This document shows, piece after piece, positions 63,849-64,000 of a DNA stretch of 64,000 nucleotides (its first letter is position 1; each line of letters begins with the position of its first letter). The stretch spans positions 125,267-189,266 of the forward strand of contig CAZTQA010000002.1 in NCBI GenBank assembly GCA_964615205.1. The letters run 5' to 3'. The translations under genes and the position numbers were made by a program. The notes beneath the pieces were generated by a model. The model was given only the letters and a program-made list of their open reading frames with translations, ran no database searches and had not been told where the DNA came from. This DNA comes from an uncultured Candidatus Saccharibacteria bacterium (GTDB lineage: Bacteria > Patescibacteriota > Minisyncoccia > Minisyncoccales > JAGMDC01).

Positions 63849-64000
63849 TTAGTTTAAATTAAAAACTTGGGGGCTTATTGTTATATCTAAACCAAAACTA
63901 ACTCCCTCGTTCTCTCCTAAAGATATATTGGTAACATTAAGGGTTTGGATATCGCTCTCGGCATAAAGGATTAAAAGTTGCTCTCCGAGAGTTGTAAAAT
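63849..64000 (-). CDS. PilN-like protein, C-terminal fragment (gene runs off right edge)
   Basis: Hand translation ...TLGEQLLILYAESDIQTLNVTNISLGENEGVSFGLDITISPQVFNLN*. The call rests on its position upstream of pilO. Confidence 0.4.
   Translation of the reverse strand, partial: FTTLGEQLLILYAESDIQTLNVTNISLGENEGVSFGLDITISPQVFNLN

Overview
AT-rich, gene-dense bacterial window with no rRNA, CRISPR array, transposase or integrase. Long ORFs are intact under the standard code and UGA is used as a stop. Three things suggest a Patescibacteria/CPR-like genome (inference only): a minimal housekeeping set, starts that mostly lack a Shine-Dalgarno sequence, and orphan VirB2-like pilin genes beside a large type IV pilus locus. 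Left to right: htpX-lemA, groES-groEL, cell-wall and envelope genes, secG, a cupin-type glucose-6-P isomerase, RNase J, rpsF-ssb-rpsR, recA, ftsK, rpoB-rpoC, and a three-gene accessory islet bounded by a 40-nt repeat. Then rpsA, ftsH, an RluA-like gene, rplS, a GH38/MpgP/cupin sugar cluster with an EncFtn-like ferritin, recG, tsaD, prsW, hsp20, two VirB2-like pilin genes, a methyltransferase, gyrA, ftsW/rodA and ligA. Six tRNAs were folded by hand. From 49.2 kb to the window edge lies a minus-strand type IV pilus locus: pilN/O, pilB, a CheY-like receiver, pilT, pilC, three pilins, pilD and four minor pilins. Most notable points: (1) an STT3/PglB/AglB-type oligosaccharyltransferase sits inside the pilus locus, behind a duplicated copy of the pilD promoter and start region that leaves a 16-codon leader ORF; (2) a PilW-like minor pilin carries two endostatin/DUF1554-like modules; (3) three families of G+C-rich palindromes occur both intergenically and in frame inside recG, tsaD, pilD and the RluA-like gene; (4) a VirB2-like pilin is fused to a 38-Cys ectodomain. 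All functional calls come from hand-read motifs and remembered family signatures; no searches were run.
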